From NCBI GenBank assembly GCA_964252035.1, contig OZ176204.1: a stretch of 64,000 nucleotides of DNA. One strand, written 5' to 3'. How positions within the stretch are numbered: the first letter of the stretch is position 1; every line of letters begins with the position of its first letter. Of the stretch, positions 36,452-49,135 are shown one piece after another. The stretch is from Podarcis erhardii. Lineage: Eukaryota. The position numbers and the translations under genes were made by a program. The notes under the pieces were generated by a model that ran no database searches, was not told the origin of the DNA, and saw only the letters and a list, made by a program, of their open reading frames with translations.

Positions 36452-36575
36452 CAGGCATACGCAAACTCAACCCTCCAGATGTTTTGGAACTACGACTCCC
36501 ATCATCCCTAGCTAACAAGGGATGATGGGAGTTGTAGTCCTAAAACATCTGGAGGTTTGCATTTGCCTATGCCTG
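36452..36575. mobile_element. Palindromic hAT-type MITE, 124 bp
   Basis: TIR caggcatacgcaaac / atttgcctatgcctg, 8-bp TSD ctctatgg / ttctatgg, near-perfect internal palindrome. Confidence 0.9.
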
Positions 36576-36815
36576 TTCTATGGGCAAAACCTGATCTATG
36601 AACTGAAGCTCTTATTCCCCCCCCCCCCCTTCTAGTTGCTCTGTTCCTCAAGGCTTGGAAATATATTTTTTGTGGAGTTTCTCCATTTAACCACACTCTC
36701 ATCTACACACAGATAAGAGATTTTCCTTCCATCATAAATCCCTCCCCTTTCTCTTTTCCCGTTATTTGCTTGGAAGCAGGGTTTTCACATGACCACTTGA
36801 GGGAAGCAGCATCTC

Positions 36816-36869
36816 TAAACAAACAAACAAACAAACAAACAAACAAACAAACAAACAAACAAACAAACA
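36816..36869. repeat. (AAAC)n microsatellite
   Basis: Direct reading of the sequence. Confidence 0.95.
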
Positions 36870-38457
36870 GCTGTCTCTACCAGACAAAGTATTCTGTCTT
36901 TGAACTTGTATCTTTCCTCTCCTATATCTCTGCAAGCTTTTACTGTGGCAGGGAGTAAGGTGTTGCCTTGTAAAAAAGAATAACCACTGCCTACAGACAG
37001 AAAATATTTCTTTTCTACTTCTTCCTCTTCTCTGCAGCTCCATTCCCCCTGCTGTCTGTGTGCTTCTACCACTGCCTTCTGTAAAACAGCTACCGCCTAG
37101 ATCACTAAATCTTATGTGAAGTTACCTTTTGTCTCCTGAACTGCTATTAATGACCATCTCTTATTCACCCACATGACACGTCTGCTCTCATCACTTTTAC
37201 CCCTTTGACCCACCCCACCCCCTCCTCTTAGCGTCGTTACCATTTTACTATCGTCTTTGTGTTCCTCGAACAGGCAAAGCCATTAGTTTGCATGGCTTAC
37301 TTAAGAGAGCATCTCTAGACAGAATCAAGCATTTTAATGCCTTACTAATTTTCCCCTTCAATTCTTCAACCTGACAGGCCTCACCATTACAGAGCAGGTT
37401 GCTCTGCTCTTTAGCAAAATGTCACTGTGTGACCACCCCCTTCCTTTTCACCATCTCTTGTTCTGAAGGCTGAACACTTTTCGCAAGCCAGAATTTGAGG
37501 AGCAGGAAAGAGTAACCAAGATGCAGAGGGCATGAGGCAAACCATACTGTAAATAAGCATTCTTCTTCCCTGTCTTACCACTTAACATGCTTATTTTCTC
37601 TCCCCCACCCCCCTTGATTAAAACAGAAAAAGCAACACTTCCTTCTGTTCATATGTTCTGTTTGACACTTTATGCCAGTGCAGCTTGTGAGGGCTTTTAA
37701 AAGTTCACTAATCCCACTCTTTCTAATATTATGCTGCTGTGGGTGATAGGAATCGAGAGGACAGAGAAAGGTGGAATAAGCAGGTGGGGTGGACACTCCA
37801 TTGCAGGGGTGCTATCTTGAATAAAATATTGGGGGGCCCCAGGTAAGCCCCACCCTGCATAGTCAGTCACATAACACAGTTTACACACACCATTTGAATG
37901 GCAATGCCCATCAACTGGCAGGGTGGGGGGCTGGCTCCTCAAATATTTTATTGAGAGGGCAAGACCCCATGGCCTCTAGGAGTTGGCTCCTATGCTCCTT
38001 TGGCATCAATGGAAATTTCCATTCCCCAACAAATAGCAGGTTGTCAGGACCACGGTGGAAGCCCAAAGAGGTAACTCAGAACAAAATAAACAACAAAGAA
38101 ATGGATCCCTCTATTTGTCAATAGAGAAACAGCACTGAAATGGATGCATTTAGCTTTGCTTCTAGTTTGGTCACAAGCATGCTGGAAATATTCTCTTTGG
38201 TATGGGGCCAGATAAGTGTAGAGGAAGATTATAATGCCACTCTCTTGCTCCTTTTGTTTTATACTGTCAGTTGAGACTATACAATAACCGTCAACACAGA
38301 AAAGTCACAACATGGAGACTTTCCACAGCATTTACTTTCAATGTTTTAGATGAAAAAATGACTCAAGATTGATTTACAGATTGATATGATTATACAAATA
38401 TGTTTTCTAAAGCTCACCTTGTGGCAACATTTTTGTCAAAAGTCTGAGCACTGGACC

Positions 38458-38592
38458 AGGGGTAAGCCAACGTGGTGCCCTCCAGATGTATGGCAATAAA
38501 ATTCCCATCATTTCTGACTACTGGCACGCTGGCTGAAGTAGATGGGGGTTGGAATCCTCCACCTTCTGGAATGCACCTCATTGGCTACCTGT
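38458..38592. mobile_element. Palindromic hAT-type MITE (decayed)
   Basis: caggggtaagccaa..ccctccagatg..tcccatca ... ttggctacctg. Confidence 0.65.
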
Positions 38593-40539
38593 GCACTAAG
38601 TTGATGGTGGGCCAAGGGCTCAGGTCTAAAACAAGAGAGATGCTGGTGGTCTTGTAGGAATGCAGCTCTAGAGAACAGACTAGAGAAATGAAACCTTGTC
38701 AGGGGCATAGGCAATACTCTGTAAGCTACCTTGAAGTACCATCTGCTGGCTTTTACATGCCATCAGGCCTCCCCTTTGGTCTGCTTGCCTTCTGGAGAGA
38801 CTGAGAAGGTAATTTTGAGCACGGTAGTGGAGTAGTGCCTTCTTCTGCAGAACATTGTCATAATCACTCTCCCCACACACCATCCATTGCATGGATGATT
38901 CCTTTATAGCTTCCAATAGTCAGAAGCTGCTCTGCAGTAGCAGTCAGGCGCCTCCTCCTCTGAGGTGAACGTTTGAGTTAGATATTGGCATGATCCTGAC
39001 AGTTTCCCCGTCCAAAATGGTTAAGTAACTTCACCATAAAACTCCGACATCCATTGCCTATCAGAAATTTGAATGTAGGTCTCCACAAGGAAACTTCATT
39101 TTTAATGCTTGCCACATGGTATCAAGTTAGGAAAGCATCCTAAAGGACCACGGATTCTCAAACTATTTTTTTGGCTGAGGGGTAGATAAATCTATATTAA
39201 TATAGATCCATACCTGGAGGGTTGATTGATAGTAGCATTGGCCTTTCCATCCTATGATCTGTGGGAGGACTTCCCAAGGCCCAAAGGAAGCAACAGATCT
39301 CCCCCTCCAAGGGCAGAGAAAGAAGTCCAGCCTCAGAGAGTGATATCCCATGTTGGATTCCACCTCTCCAATGCTGTGGAAAGTTCTGAACCCTTTGTCC
39401 TACTGATGATGGACCTTTGATGTCAGTAGGGATAAAAATGGACTTCGGGGTGAACCAGAGGAAGCCATGGATCTGAAGGACCCATCACCTTCTCAGCCTT
39501 CCACTACCTAGCCCTCCAAAACCAGGGAATAAACAATACCATTTCTAGCCCCAGAACTTATTCTCCCCCCCCCCTTTAAAAATGAAAGTAATATACACAG
39601 TGAAAATGAAGGAGGAGCACAACCATGTTCCTCCAACTTCACTTTGGTCCAAGATGAGGAAGATGAACTGCTGGTTCTCACCTCCTGGCTCACCTTAGAA
39701 TTGCCTCCTCTAGGAACAAGGAAGGCATGTCAGGATGAGAACTGTGTTGTCAATAACTGAGTATATATAACCCTTTGAAAAACCACCAGCTTTAAAATGT
39801 TATTCCAAGAGCTGAGTCATCCAAGATGCAGATTGTAATCCTGTACATGTCTAGTCAGTACAGGAGTAAGCCCCACTGTGTATAGGCTTGCAGGCTTAAT
39901 AGCTTTAAATATCTAAGACAAATAATAAAAGGGAGCCCATCTGTTCATGGACAAGCCATACTTAATAGCTTTCAGCAGAAGTGGCTCTTTTCATATTCTC
40001 AGAAGCACCACTTCAAGCAGTAGGAGGTTCTGGTGGCATGAAAGGTGTGCTTGTCTTAGTTCCACATGGTTCTTTTACATGCACATTTATATGACTGCAG
40101 CACAGTAACCCAATTCTGTCTTTTCTTTTTCTTAGTCAGCACAGTATACAATAATCTCTCATGAGCCTAAATCTTGCAAGTTCTGTAGAGGTTTGGCAGA
40201 CCTGTCACTTTCCTTACAATACAATGCATTCTCAGCTTGCATTCATTATTAGAGAAATATTATTTGTCCGAAGATTAGTCAGTCCCAGTGCTAAGCTTTA
40301 AAGTTAATTTGTAGTGATTTATCTAGGACAGATATCAGGAGGTTACAAACAGCAAAAGTATACACCCCCCCTGCCTCTTGCAATTTGAGGCTTCCGGGAG
40401 AGAGTGGCAACATGCATAAGAAAATGAGCAATGCTTCCTCTCCAAAACCAGCCTTGCTTCTCCTAAGAGCAGTGGCTATCAAGGGAAAGAAAACCAGATC
40501 CTGTCTCGCCATGAAATAACAGGAAGTAATTGTTCTGGG

Positions 40540-40835
40540 CATTATTATTATTAATTAGATTTGTATACAGCTCTACATCAGAAGATCACAGGGAGGTTCA
40601 CAACATAAAAATAGAAAATGAGAATACAAAATACATAATAAAACAAAAACAAACCAATAAAATTTCTCACAAGCACATTTCAAAGGTCATAGAATGTTAA
40701 TCAGCTCAAGCCCTGGTTACAGAAAAATGTTTTCATCTGCTGCCTAAATATACTCAACAGATGTGCCAGGTGAGCCTCTCTTGGGGTAGCATTCCACAAA
40801 CGGGGAGCCACCACAGAAAAGGCCCATTCTTGTGG
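40540..40835 (-). mobile_element. L2 LINE 3' fragment
   Basis: gcattccacaaacggggagccaccacagaaaaggcc is the antisense of AFSVVAPxLWNA. (ATT)n tail at 40540. Confidence 0.75.
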
Positions 40836-42350
40836 AAAAGTCCAGCAAGGCAGGGAGCAGGTCTTCCAGAAATCACAACCAATATGGCCTCCAACTTCTT
40901 CATCAGCCTCAGCTTTTGTAGCTGAAGTCAGTCAGCCCACCTCACCCACCCTAGCCAAGCAGAAAAGGCCTGCACTGCAAGGAGCAGATCTTCCAGGACT
41001 CACTGCCAATATGGGCATCCATTTTCTTTTTTTAATATATTTTTAATTAAAATTTTTCGCATTACAATAAATAACAGCTGCAAGGACTACAAACAAAACA
41101 AGTAGAATACAGAGTCCTCTCCCAGAGGCAATTCTTAGCCCCCACCATCTATAGGGTATCAATCCATCCCCGCTCTCACCTGGGATCCCTCCTTTTTCCT
41201 CCCAGTCTCTCAACCTGGGAGAAGAACATTTCCCTGCCTCCCATCTCTAAGAACTATCTATCACCTCCATGAATACTTAACCTCTGGAGCTTAACAAAGC
41301 CCCCAAACATAGGACTCCAAAGAAAAAAGGAACAAGAAGAAAAAAGGAAAGAGAAAAAAAGGACAAAGGGGGGGGAAACATTAGGGATAGCGAAAAGGGG
41401 CTTCTGATTTTCTGTCTGCCAGTTACATTTAAAAAAGATTATTTAAGACATTCAGTGCATGTTAATATCCATCTTCTCCATTTTCTATTGCACAATATTT
41501 CTTTTAAGTCAAAGTGTCTCAGAATCATTCATTTCTTTTCCCCATGAAAAGTCCAAGAGGGATTCCCAAGTTGTTGTTGTTGTTGTTATTGGTGCTTAAT
41601 TTTACCTCCATTAATTCCCACCACCATTCCTCCGTATTTGGTAATAATAAATTCTGTCCATATTATGGGCATCCACTTATAATGTTCCGGCTCCAATGCT
41701 ATGTCAGAATGAGCAATCATCAGCTGGATTTCTTGCTTGGAAAAAGTCCAAGATCAGCACAGAAGGAAGACAATAACAAAGAGAAGGGGACATGGAGAGA
41801 AATAGGTTCTGAAGGGGCGAGCAGGTACTGTCAATACAGATGCCTTGAGTACATGTTAACACAAGTGTGTGAATTGCTAACTTGTACAGGGAGAGCTGGA
41901 TCACACCATTCAGCCTCATTCCCGGCATTTCACAGCTGCCAGCCCTGCCCTCAATATACATGCATTGAGCATGGACATCTGCAAAGGGGAAAACTGTGCA
42001 CATAAGGGTGTATGAGCATATATGTCCACTTGATGGGAAAGCCATGCTATCGGAGTTACCAACTGTATAGAGACCTACATGTGTAGGTTTGCCCTTTGCA
42101 GACACCCAGTCTCAATAAATAGACAGTGGGACTGGCAAGACATGCAGCTTTGGGGGCAAGTTATGCAAGAGGTTCAATCCCACTCCTTCTTCAGGCATAG
42201 GGTTAACACATGCATAGGACAAGCGTGCCAGATAAGAGTGTGGAGGGAGCCCGGTCTTTTGCCCCAATATTTGGTATGATGTCTAATACCAGTGTTCCCA
42301 AATTACATGGGATCGAATCCAAGGTCGTGCTCAGGTCAACATTCTGTCAA

Positions 42351-42414
42351 TTCTCCTTGTAAAATGGAAAGTTCTTCTCTTCTCCTTGTAAAATGGAAAG
42401 TTCTTCTCTTCTCC
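42351..42414. repeat. Perfect 29-bp tandem duplication (2.2 copies)
   Basis: ttctccttgtaaaatggaaagttcttctc x2 plus ttctcc. Confidence 0.95.
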
Positions 42415-42976
42415 CTCTGCCCCCCCCCCCCGCCCAGAGGAGCTCATCCTAAAGAGTTGGTGAGGTTTAGATCATTATTTTAATAAGTGACAGCGATGAG
42501 AGTATACTACTGTATTTCTAGCACTAGCTCTATTGTCTGTTGCAAGGAAGTACCAGTCAAGGAGGAAATTTTATTTAGTGCTACATTTGGTAGAACACTA
42601 ATACCATACGGAAAACAGGTATTAAAATATGCTTATTCAAGAGTCCTTTTTATGCACCTTATAAATATTGCTGACATGAAGATAATTAAATGGAGAACAG
42701 AAATTCATGACTGGTTCTAGAAGAAAGAACAATGGATTTAATCGAGACCTTGGCTTCATGAATTAATAGGAATTTGCCACTGGTTGATGTGCAGGTAAGA
42801 CAGTAGTTGCAAAAAAACAACAACCCGAAAATATGTAAAGTGGTTATATATTTTATTAGAACAACTTTCACTGGTGAAAGCTTTGCAGTCACCAAGAAGT
42901 CTTCCTCAGGCAGAACTGAAAGCTAATTCTCAGCACTATAAGGATTTGTTACTTTTATTTTGAGAGGGCTTTTTAG

Positions 42977-43145
42977 AGCCAGTGTTGTGTAGTGGTTAGA
43001 GTGTTGGATTGGGATCTGGGAGACAAGGGTCACACTCACTCAGCCTAGGGTTGTTGCGAGGATAAAATGGGGAGGGAAGGGGGAGAACCATGTATGCCAC
43101 CCTGAGCTCCTTGGAATAAAGGTGAGATATAAATGTAATAAACAA
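42977..43145 (+). mobile_element. tRNA-head SINE (MIR/CORE-like with L2-like tail), internally deleted
   Basis: gccagtgttgtgtagtggttagagtgttgga A-box head, agggttgttgcgaggataaa core, gatataaatgtaataaa tail. Confidence 0.7.
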
Positions 43146-44408
43146 AGGAAAAATAATAATAACATGCTCTTATTATTTAAACCAAACAGTGTGATTGTCT
43201 CTGCTATATCATTTTCTGTTTCCTGCTTTCCAGGGTTGTTCATACATGCAGTATTTCTGCAGCTCTTAAATGTGCTATTTGTCAAAGCAGGCTCTCTCCA
43301 GATGTTACGTGTTTTGCTGTGTGGGACTCCTTCCTCATCTGATATGTTCTCCTAGCAGAACAGAATAGTGGTGCAGTTGTTTGAAAGCCAGTGCTCAAAG
43401 ATCAGGAAAAGACCTTTCTGGAGCACTAGTATGTGTATAGGTGATCACTTTGAACCCTTTTGACTTCATGCCTTTAGCTATAAAACTGATGGTTGAAATA
43501 TCCAACTTAAAGGATTCTGCAAGAATTGGCACTTTTTGTAGTGATTGTCACTACAGCATAGTGCAGTTAGACAGCTCTGAAGAAGGGAGGCAGCATACTC
43601 TTCTACTTAAATGCGCAAGCTGCCTACTGGAGTATTGAACTCATGTTCAATTTTACATTCCCCAGTTCTCGGAGTCAGGTGGCAAAAGAAGCACCTGTCC
43701 TATTTTTCAAGTGTTGGATCCTACTTTTACCATTAAACACAAACTGTTGTATGGGATTCCATGACTAAACCTAAATATTAAGATTTCTGTAAAGTTTTGG
43801 CAAATCTAAAATGTGCAGCAAATATCCCACTCCTCCATTTGGAGAATTGTCTGTACAAAGCTCCATTTCGTCACAGTTTCATGCAGAATTATAGACAGAC
43901 CGCAGTTATTTAATTAATTTGCTGCCAACCTATTTTGAAAATTGATGGCACCAGTTCAAATGCTATAATTTAAATCCAGACTTGTTGCTTAACAACATCT
44001 ACGCATATTTCCCCCCAAGATGTTTTCTCATTTGCTCAACATGTACTTTTCATCTACATGCAAATTTTTAATGACAGTTTTATGACAGCTGTAAATCAAG
44101 CCTAGTTTCAGCTTTAAGCTCAGGATCAGTTCTGACCTGAAGAAGAGTTGATGCAAGCTCTTATGAGAGAGATATGAAAGGCTGGTGTACCTTTAACTGT
44201 GATGTGACAAGCAAAATATTTTGCAGGTGACCCGTGTCCCCATTGCCTGCATCTCTTTGTCAAACAACAGTTAAAAGCATAAAAGCCCTGTAAAAAAAAA
44301 AGTTGGCAGACTGGAAGCAGAACTCAGATGCCCTGCAGCTGTATATAATACAACTGTTTTGTATGCATAAATTAATAGGTGAGGTGTTTCACATGAAGCT
44401 AAACATGA

Positions 44409-44504
44409 TGCTCTGATGGTGTTTCCTGCTTGGCAGGGGGTTGGACTCGATGGCCCTTGTGGTCTCTTCCAACTCTATGATTCTATGATTCTATGATTCT
44501 ATGA
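44409..44504 (+). mobile_element. CR1 extreme 3' end
   Basis: Identical over 85 nt to 32689-32773, with an (ATTCTATG)n tail. Confidence 0.92.
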
Positions 44505-44514
44505 TATTTTGCTA

Positions 44515-45150
44515 ATTAATAGCCCATGGAGAGCCCTGCTGGATCAGAAAAAGGGCCCATCTTGTTTCCAATAGTATCTACCCAGACACCTCTGGAAATC
44601 CCATACACAAGAAATGATGACTAACTCTCTCCGCCCCCCCCCCCCACCTTCTATGTCTTCAGGAACTGGTATTCAGAGGTATCTGGCCTACGAAAGTGGA
44701 GGGTATCTTTCATAGCTTAATACATTGAAAGACATATCCACCATTAATCTGTCTAATCCCCTTTTAAGTCACCACACATTTTTTGTGTATGAAGTTCACA
44801 GATTAAATATGCTTTGTGTGAAGACATACTTTTTGATGTGGTATGTGTTGAATCTACTGCTTATTTTATGAGCAACTCAAATTTCCTGTATTATGAGAGA
44901 GGATGAAACATTTTTCTCTATCCATTTTCTCCACACTGTGCATACTGTTATAAACCTCAGCCATGTCTTCCTTTAAGTCACCTAAACTAAAAAGCCCCCA
45001 CTGTAGTCTTTCATTGTATGGAAAGAGACCAAACCTCTTGATCATTTTGGTTCCCCCACCCACCCGCTTTTTTACACCTCTTTTCCAGGTCTTTGATGTC
45101 CTTTTTTTGAGATGTGGAAACCAGAACTGTGCACAAGATTCCAAATTGCT
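44515..45150 (-). mobile_element. Older CR1 3' fragment (ORF2 C-terminus plus 3'UTR)
   Basis: LESCAQFWFPHLKK, PYNERLQ..GLFSL, GDLKEDMAEVY..M are CR1 ORF2 C-terminal motifs. Confidence 0.8.
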
Positions 45151-46656
45151 GTAAATCAAGCTGGTGTTAAAGGCACAGCTGCTAAGGGCTGGCTGAAAAG
45201 TTGTCAGCTCCTAGTCAAGTCTCCAGATCTGCAGGAACTGACATTTTCCCTCGTGGAAATAGCTGAGGATACATGTCAGCTCATATTGCCCTCTGGGGTT
45301 AACATGTTAAAATATTGATTAAGGGAATGTCAGAAACTGTTTACAAATATTTACAGGAGGTAGAAAGAACATAATCTTTTTTGACAAAAAAATAAAAATA
45401 AAAGAACAACTTTGGCTACAGAAGGGTCCAAACAAATGAAATTTATGAAAAGCAACCTACAATGCTGGTACTTATTCTGAGATGGCAGAGCAATAGGTCA
45501 CACATCTAGTTACACTAAGAGGCCAGGAGGTCATGCAACATGATTAATAACTGGCAGGTATTAGCGCCTGTCAGAATTGTAAGATTTGAGGAGATGAGGC
45601 AGAACAGGTAAAAAAGTGAAGTACAAAAAGGAAACTGAAACCTTTCATTAGCCTTGCTTCTGTCACAAAGCATTGTCATGCATTTTGTGCCAGAGTAGCA
45701 CAATACAGCATTCAGGAAAATGCAACAGCACATCAGAAAAATCATGATTAAAGGAAGTGTCTGGTCCTAATACTAGCTGTGATGTTCTCCTTTCTCTGAG
45801 AATGCAGCAAATAAAAACGTGCTGTTTTGTGCAATAACAAGACAGACAAAGAGAGTGGTTGGAATGTGTCGCCCCCCCCCCCCGATTCTTAAATTGCTCT
45901 GAGCTGGATGGATAAGTGCCCTGTAAGATCAGAGCATATATTCCCCAAGGACATAAAATGATGACCCTTGAATAAATGCCAAGTCATGTACTGGGACAAT
46001 TTTTCTCAACAAACAAAAAAATATTGCAGCATTTTAAAAATACAGATCTTTATAGAGAACCCTATGATGTTCTGGTGTTTGTATATAATATTATATATAC
46101 ACATATACTAAAGTAGTTAAGGTATACTATTATTATGGCAAGTATAATAGCAGAATTATGGTAATGTGAGATGGGGAGAGCATGAGAGGTAGGTAATGAA
46201 TGGCTGAGAGTTTGAAAGTGAGTAGTGAGAGAGTTGAGGGTCAGCCTGAGTCAGGAGTTCAGAAGATAGAGTGGAGTGTGGAGAGTGGAGTGTGACAGTG
46301 GTGGAAGGGAAGCAGGGTTGATTAGTATTATAGGAACAGCCGTATGGTAGCCACAGTTAGGACTGCAATAAGGTAATAAATAAGAAACCGGAATCTTTGA
46401 AACCATATGCTTATGTACAGAGTTATGTTGAAAACTGTGTTTATTTTTAATAAATCAGTTGTATTACACCACATACCTCATCCTTGGCTACTTTAGGGAT
46501 GAAGTGTTCCAATAAGGGTTATCTTTGATGGCAGTGGAGATAAAGGGGGCATTGAGTGAAATTCCCAATAAAGACCCAACACACAGCTTGAATAAAATGG
46601 AAAGGTAGTTCAGGGGAGTGTGGGAAGTGCCAGAGTACCTCAGGGTAAAAGGCATA

Positions 46657-46735
46657 TAGAATCATAGAATTGTAGAGTTGGAAGGGACCCCAATGGCCAT
46701 CTAATCCAACCCCCTGCAATGCAGGAATCTCAACT
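46657..46735 (-). mobile_element. CR1 3' end
   Basis: tagaatcatagaattgtagagttggaagggacc...tccaacccctgcaatgcagg. Confidence 0.85.
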
Positions 46736-47035
46736 AAAGCTTCCACAGGCAGAAAGGGGTTAAGATTGATTCATATTATTTCCCACTTTTCACTCCTAGA
46801 TTACCTTTAAGCAAAAAATTATCTTGTTTCCCTTCATGAGTTACAGTTGCTCTAAAAACTTCATGGACCTCTCCTATCCAATTGTGTCCTTCTAGGGCTT
46901 GCCATTTGTGTGGCAAAGTCACACAATTTAAATTTAAAGCGGTTCAACCTTTTTTACTTTCAGCAAGTAATTTCCACATCAATTTGTCTGCCATGGAAGC
47001 CTAGAGGTGATGTTCTAGGGCTTGTTTTAAAGCAC

Positions 47036-47163
47036 AGGTGGGGAAACTTTGCCTCTCCAGATATTACTGAACTACAACTCCCATCAACACTAGCCAGCAT
47101 GTCCAATTATTAAAGATGGGAATTGTAGTTGAACAGTATCTGGAAGGCCAAAGACTCCCCTGA
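47036..47163. mobile_element. Palindromic hAT-type MITE (decayed)
   Basis: ctccagatattactgaactacaactcccatca / gatgggaattgtagttgaacagtatctggaag arms. Confidence 0.7.
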
Positions 47164-48072
47164 CCTTGTTCTATAGCTAACATAACACTAAAAAGATAAT
47201 CATGGTGGTGTCATGCAACTGCTACTGAGGTGTTCTGTAAATTGGGTACCATGACAGAAAAGGCTCAGTCTCTGATCTGCACTTGCCAAACACATGTAGT
47301 GTGTTGAACCTTAACAGTACCTCACCTTTCTCTTATCTACATCCTACAGTGGAACGAAAGGATGAAACTGCTAAGAAATCAAACATGTAAACTTTAAGGA
47401 TTAGGCTCTCCATTCTCTACACAGAATAGCATTCAGAGATGGCTCATAGGACTGAACTGGGATACACTGAAAAAGGAGGTTTCAAGAATGTGTATCATTT
47501 ATTGAACTCCACTTCTGGTTTTTTATCATTCACACCTTCCACAAACTTTACCTCCAGTTGATAAAATGGCCTTTGAAGATTATTATCATGCTGTTTTATG
47601 GGATCTGAATAAAGAAACAAACAGGAAGCTTAATTTATGATGGATGTGTCCCTCAAACCTTTTAGAGCTTTTCTGCTTGATTAAAAATTCCTTGTTCCTC
47701 TTCACTGAATTGTTTAGAGGATTCCACCCCCCGTTTCACAGTCTCTACCCTGATTAAAACAAATTATTATCAAAGATCCCCCCACTGAATGAGGAATCAT
47801 TAATTGAGGAACATGCAATGTTCCTTAATTACCTTTAGAACAGTTGGAGAACAAATAATCTTGGGTTTCTAAGGGACAGGCGTGCATCATGCATTGTGGC
47901 CTCATTCTCAGCGTTTGCTGGAAGGAAACTCTATTTTCAAATACTTTGGGGGAATATCTCTACAAGCCTCAGTAAACACATTGTGAATTGTTGTTTTTTC
48001 TAAAGTGTGTGTGTATAGGGGGGATAGCATACTATTAGGTGAGTAGCTGTAATAGATGTCTCAGATAATTAA

Positions 48073-48208
48073 TAGGGTTGCCATATGTCCTCTTTTTCCG
48101 GACACGTCCTCTTTTTCCATAATGAGAGTCATCATAGAGATCCATAGTTAAAAGTAGAAGTCAGCAAATGTGTCCTCTTTTTTTGCTCTTCAAAATATAG
48201 CAACCCTA
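48073..48208. mobile_element. hAT/Tip100-like MITE
   Basis: TIR tagggttgccata / tatagcaacccta (12/13), subterminal gtcctcttttt repeats. Related fragments near 19580-19680, 31975-32150 and 35393-35490. Confidence 0.7.
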
Positions 48209-48476
48209 AATTAGAATGATAATAGCTGTTCATTTGTTTTACAAGGGCCAACTTTAGTTAAGAAATCAAGTGTGTATTAGTGATCTTATTCTGGAAATAA
48301 TATAGAAATGTCAGAAATATGGCAAATGTTAGCATTTACTGGTGAGATGTTAAGAGATACTAAGTCAGGACAGTATGACTACTCAGAAGGCAGAATTGAA
48401 CAATAACCAAGAATACAGAACCTTGCCAGAGCTTGGGAAGACCTTGTTGCTAGAGCAAGCCTCAGCTGGAACATAC

Positions 48477-48700
48477 CGTACATCTTCCTGCCTAGAAGGA
48501 CCCAACAGTCAGCCTGGGTGAGCAGAGTCAATCCAAAAGGTTCATATGTGAAAAGGCTGTTGGCTGAAGTACCTGTACAGTACTGTGAATCACCCCAAGG
48601 GACAGTCACATACAAATCCAGCAGTTTCTTATAGGCCCTTATGGAAATGTACACACCCCACTTCCTGACTGCACCCAACTTTATGGCCCACTTCAGTCTT
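48477..48700 (-). CDS. Candidate 224-nt coding exon (RLKWAIKLGAVRKWGVYISIRAYKKLLDLYVTVPWGDSQYC...LLGRKMY)
   Basis: Very strong acceptor ctattctattctttgccactccctgctgtttctag|, donor ACG|GTATGT, 74 open codons. Protein not recognised. Confidence 0.35.
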
Positions 48701-49094
48701 CTAGAAACAGCAGGGAGTGGCAAAGAATAGAATAGGATGCACCATTCTCTGTAATTTGAGCACTACACCAGTCTCTCTTTCTACATGGCCAGCAGGTTGT
48801 GATCCACATGTGCCAAGCTGGGTGAGGACAGAGAAAGCTAGCTTATTTAACTTTTAGAAGAGAAAAAGCTCACTGAACTCTTTCCTTAAATATAGGAGTG
48901 CCCATGAAAGAATGGGTCACAACCCAGTTTTCTGATATTTGTCATACTATATTGGCAAGATACACGCTACTATTGTAATTTTAAAACTTTAATAAAATGT
49001 TCTATTTACATTAAGTTTAGCTATAGAAGGAAGATGACAAAATGTTAGGGAGAGATCTGTGGAGAATAGGGTGATCAGATGCAAAATATAAGTC

Positions 49095-49097
<3 letters not shown>

Positions 49098-49135
<38 letters not shown>

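Noticed and set aside
42977-43020. tRNA-like A-box sequences here and at 11480 and 60660
   Set aside because: SINE heads without a cloverleaf, not tRNA genes.
44131-44165. CTGAAGAAGAG... hammerhead-like start; other CTGATGA hits at about 3004, 5370, 57853 and 60546
   Set aside because: No correctly placed stem II-GAAA-UH, so not ribozymes.
46070-46655. Purine-rich segment with several AATAAA, resembling a solo LTR
   Set aside because: No clear TG..CA ends or TSD.
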